The notes beneath the pieces were generated by a model, which was given only the letters and a program-made list of their open reading frames with translations, searched no databases and was not told the origin of the DNA. A DNA stretch of 15,104 bases, from assembly GCA_047617745.1 (NCBI GenBank), contig JBLGBN010000019.1, positions 1 to 15,104 on the forward strand, given 5' to 3'. Positions 13,987-15,104 of this stretch are shown one piece after another (positions within the stretch are counted from its first letter, which is position 1; each line of letters starts with the position of its first letter). The position numbers and the translations under genes were made by a program. The stretch is from Candidatus Nanohaloarchaea archaeon. GTDB lineage: Archaea > Nanohalarchaeota > Nanosalinia > Nanosalinales > Nanosalinaceae.

Positions 13987-15104
13987 ATGAAAAATATAGA
14001 GAACGCTGATGTAGAAGGGAAGAATGTTCTGCTGAGGACCGACCTCAATCTGCCGGTAGAAGATGGAGAGCCCCAGAAAACAGTAAGGTTTGAGAGATAT
14101 CAGGAGACTATAGAAGGACTCAGTGAAAGAGGTGCCAAGGTCGTTATTATGGCGCATCAGGGAAGGCCGGCTAGGAAAGATTTCCTATCTTTAAGACCTC
14201 ACTCAGAAATTCTGTCTGATTCAATTGATCAGGAGGTTGAGTTTGTTCCCAGCTTTTTCGGCCCTGAACTCGGTGAAAAGGTAGCCCGGATGGAGAACGG
14301 AGAGGTAGCTATGCTCCAGAATATAAGATTTCTTTCAGAAGAACTACAGAATGCATCGCCGGAGAGACATGCACAGGACTTCTTCGTCCAGAAAGCTTCC
14401 GACTACTTCGATATTTATGTTGACGACGCGTTCTCGGCCGCACACAGATCACATGGTTCGATGGTAGGTTTTACCGAAACTCTTGATTCCTACGCAGGTA
14501 ACATTATGCAGAGAGAGCTGGAAAACTGTTCGAAGGTAAGAGAAAACTTTGATGGAGGGCTGCTGGTCCTCGGTGGGGAAAAGCCTTCTGATCTCATAGG
14601 TATAATGGAGGAGCTGGCAGATAGTGTGGATGAGATACTGCTTGGAGGCATACCGGGAGAACTCGCGCTGAAGATAGAGGGCTTCGATCTCGGGAAGAAA
14701 AAAGAATGGATAGAGAAACATGGGTTGGACAGCAGAGAGGAAGAACTTGAGCAGGTTCTCAAAAAGCATAGAGACAAGATTACATTGCCGGATGACGTAG
14801 CAACTGAATCCGGAAATCACGGTGTTGAAAGTATCGGCGATGAACTGATCTGGGATATAGGGGAAAAAACCACGGAGGAATATGTTTCAAAGATACAGGC
14901 GGCGGAATCAGTTGTTATGAAAGGCCCAATGGGTGCCTTCGAGGAACACCCGGATGGAACGGAGAAAGTTGTAGATGCAATAGCAGATTCGGATAGCTTC
15001 ACAGTTCTGGGGGGAGGCCATACCTCCTCGCTTGTTCACAGGTTCGGGCACGATCTAGGTGATTTCTCACATGTATCGATTGCTGGAGGCGCATTCGTCC
15101 GATA
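13987..15104 (+). CDS. pgk: Phosphoglycerate kinase, 3' end outside the window
   Basis: Not in the ORF track because it runs off the window; translated by hand from ATG 13987: MKNIENADVEGKNVLLRTDLNLP..AHQGRP..LQNIRF..DDAFSAAHRSH..LGGEKPSD..WDIG..KGPMGAFE..GGGHT..FSHVSIAGGA. Confidence 0.97.
   Translation, partial: MKNIENADVEGKNVLLRTDLNLPVEDGEPQKTVRFERYQETIEGLSERGAKVVIMAHQGRPARKDFLSLRPHSEILSDSIDQEVEFVPSFFGPELGEKVARMENGEVAMLQNIRFLSEELQNASPERHAQDFFVQKASDYFDIYVDDAFSAAHRSHGSMVGFTETLDSYAGNIMQRELENCSKVRENFDGGLLVLGGEKPSDLIGIMEELADSVDEILLGGIPGELALKIEGFDLGKKKEWIEKHGLDSREEELEQVLKKHRDKITLPDDVATESGNHGVESIGDELIWDIGEKTTEEYVSKIQAAESVVMKGPMGAFEEHPDGTEKVVDAIADSDSFTVLGGGHTSSLVHRFGHDLGDFSHVSIAGGAFVR

Noticed and set aside
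12226..15002. ORFs antisense to glyS and pgk
   Set aside because: Shadow frames of well-supported genes with no recognisable motifs.

Overview
Archaeal chromosomal window with a strongly acidic proteome, moderate GC, compact intergenic spaces and mostly leaderless TATA-type promoters; this fits a halophilic DPANN archaeon, probably Nanohaloarchaeota (inference). Recognisable genes, left to right: a partial BatA/vWA protein, an Lhr helicase, a membrane protein, a ThiF/MoeB-like E1, MscS, RNase HII, tRNA splicing endonuclease, an AN1-zinc-finger rhomboid protease, a DoxX protein, glycyl-tRNA synthetase and a partial phosphoglycerate kinase. Two intronless tRNA genes, tRNA-Lys(CTT) and initiator tRNA-Met, sit in an accessory patch at about 6.3-8.76 kb. 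That patch holds a twin-arginine-motif protein with virus tail-fibre-like motifs, a HypA-like zinc protein lacking its nickel-binding motif, unannotated micro-ORFs and several palindromes. Three proteins show altered catalytic or metal motifs: EndA has Ala at the catalytic Lys position, the E1 has lost SNLxRQ, and HypA has lost MHE. No integrase, IS element or CRISPR array is visible.
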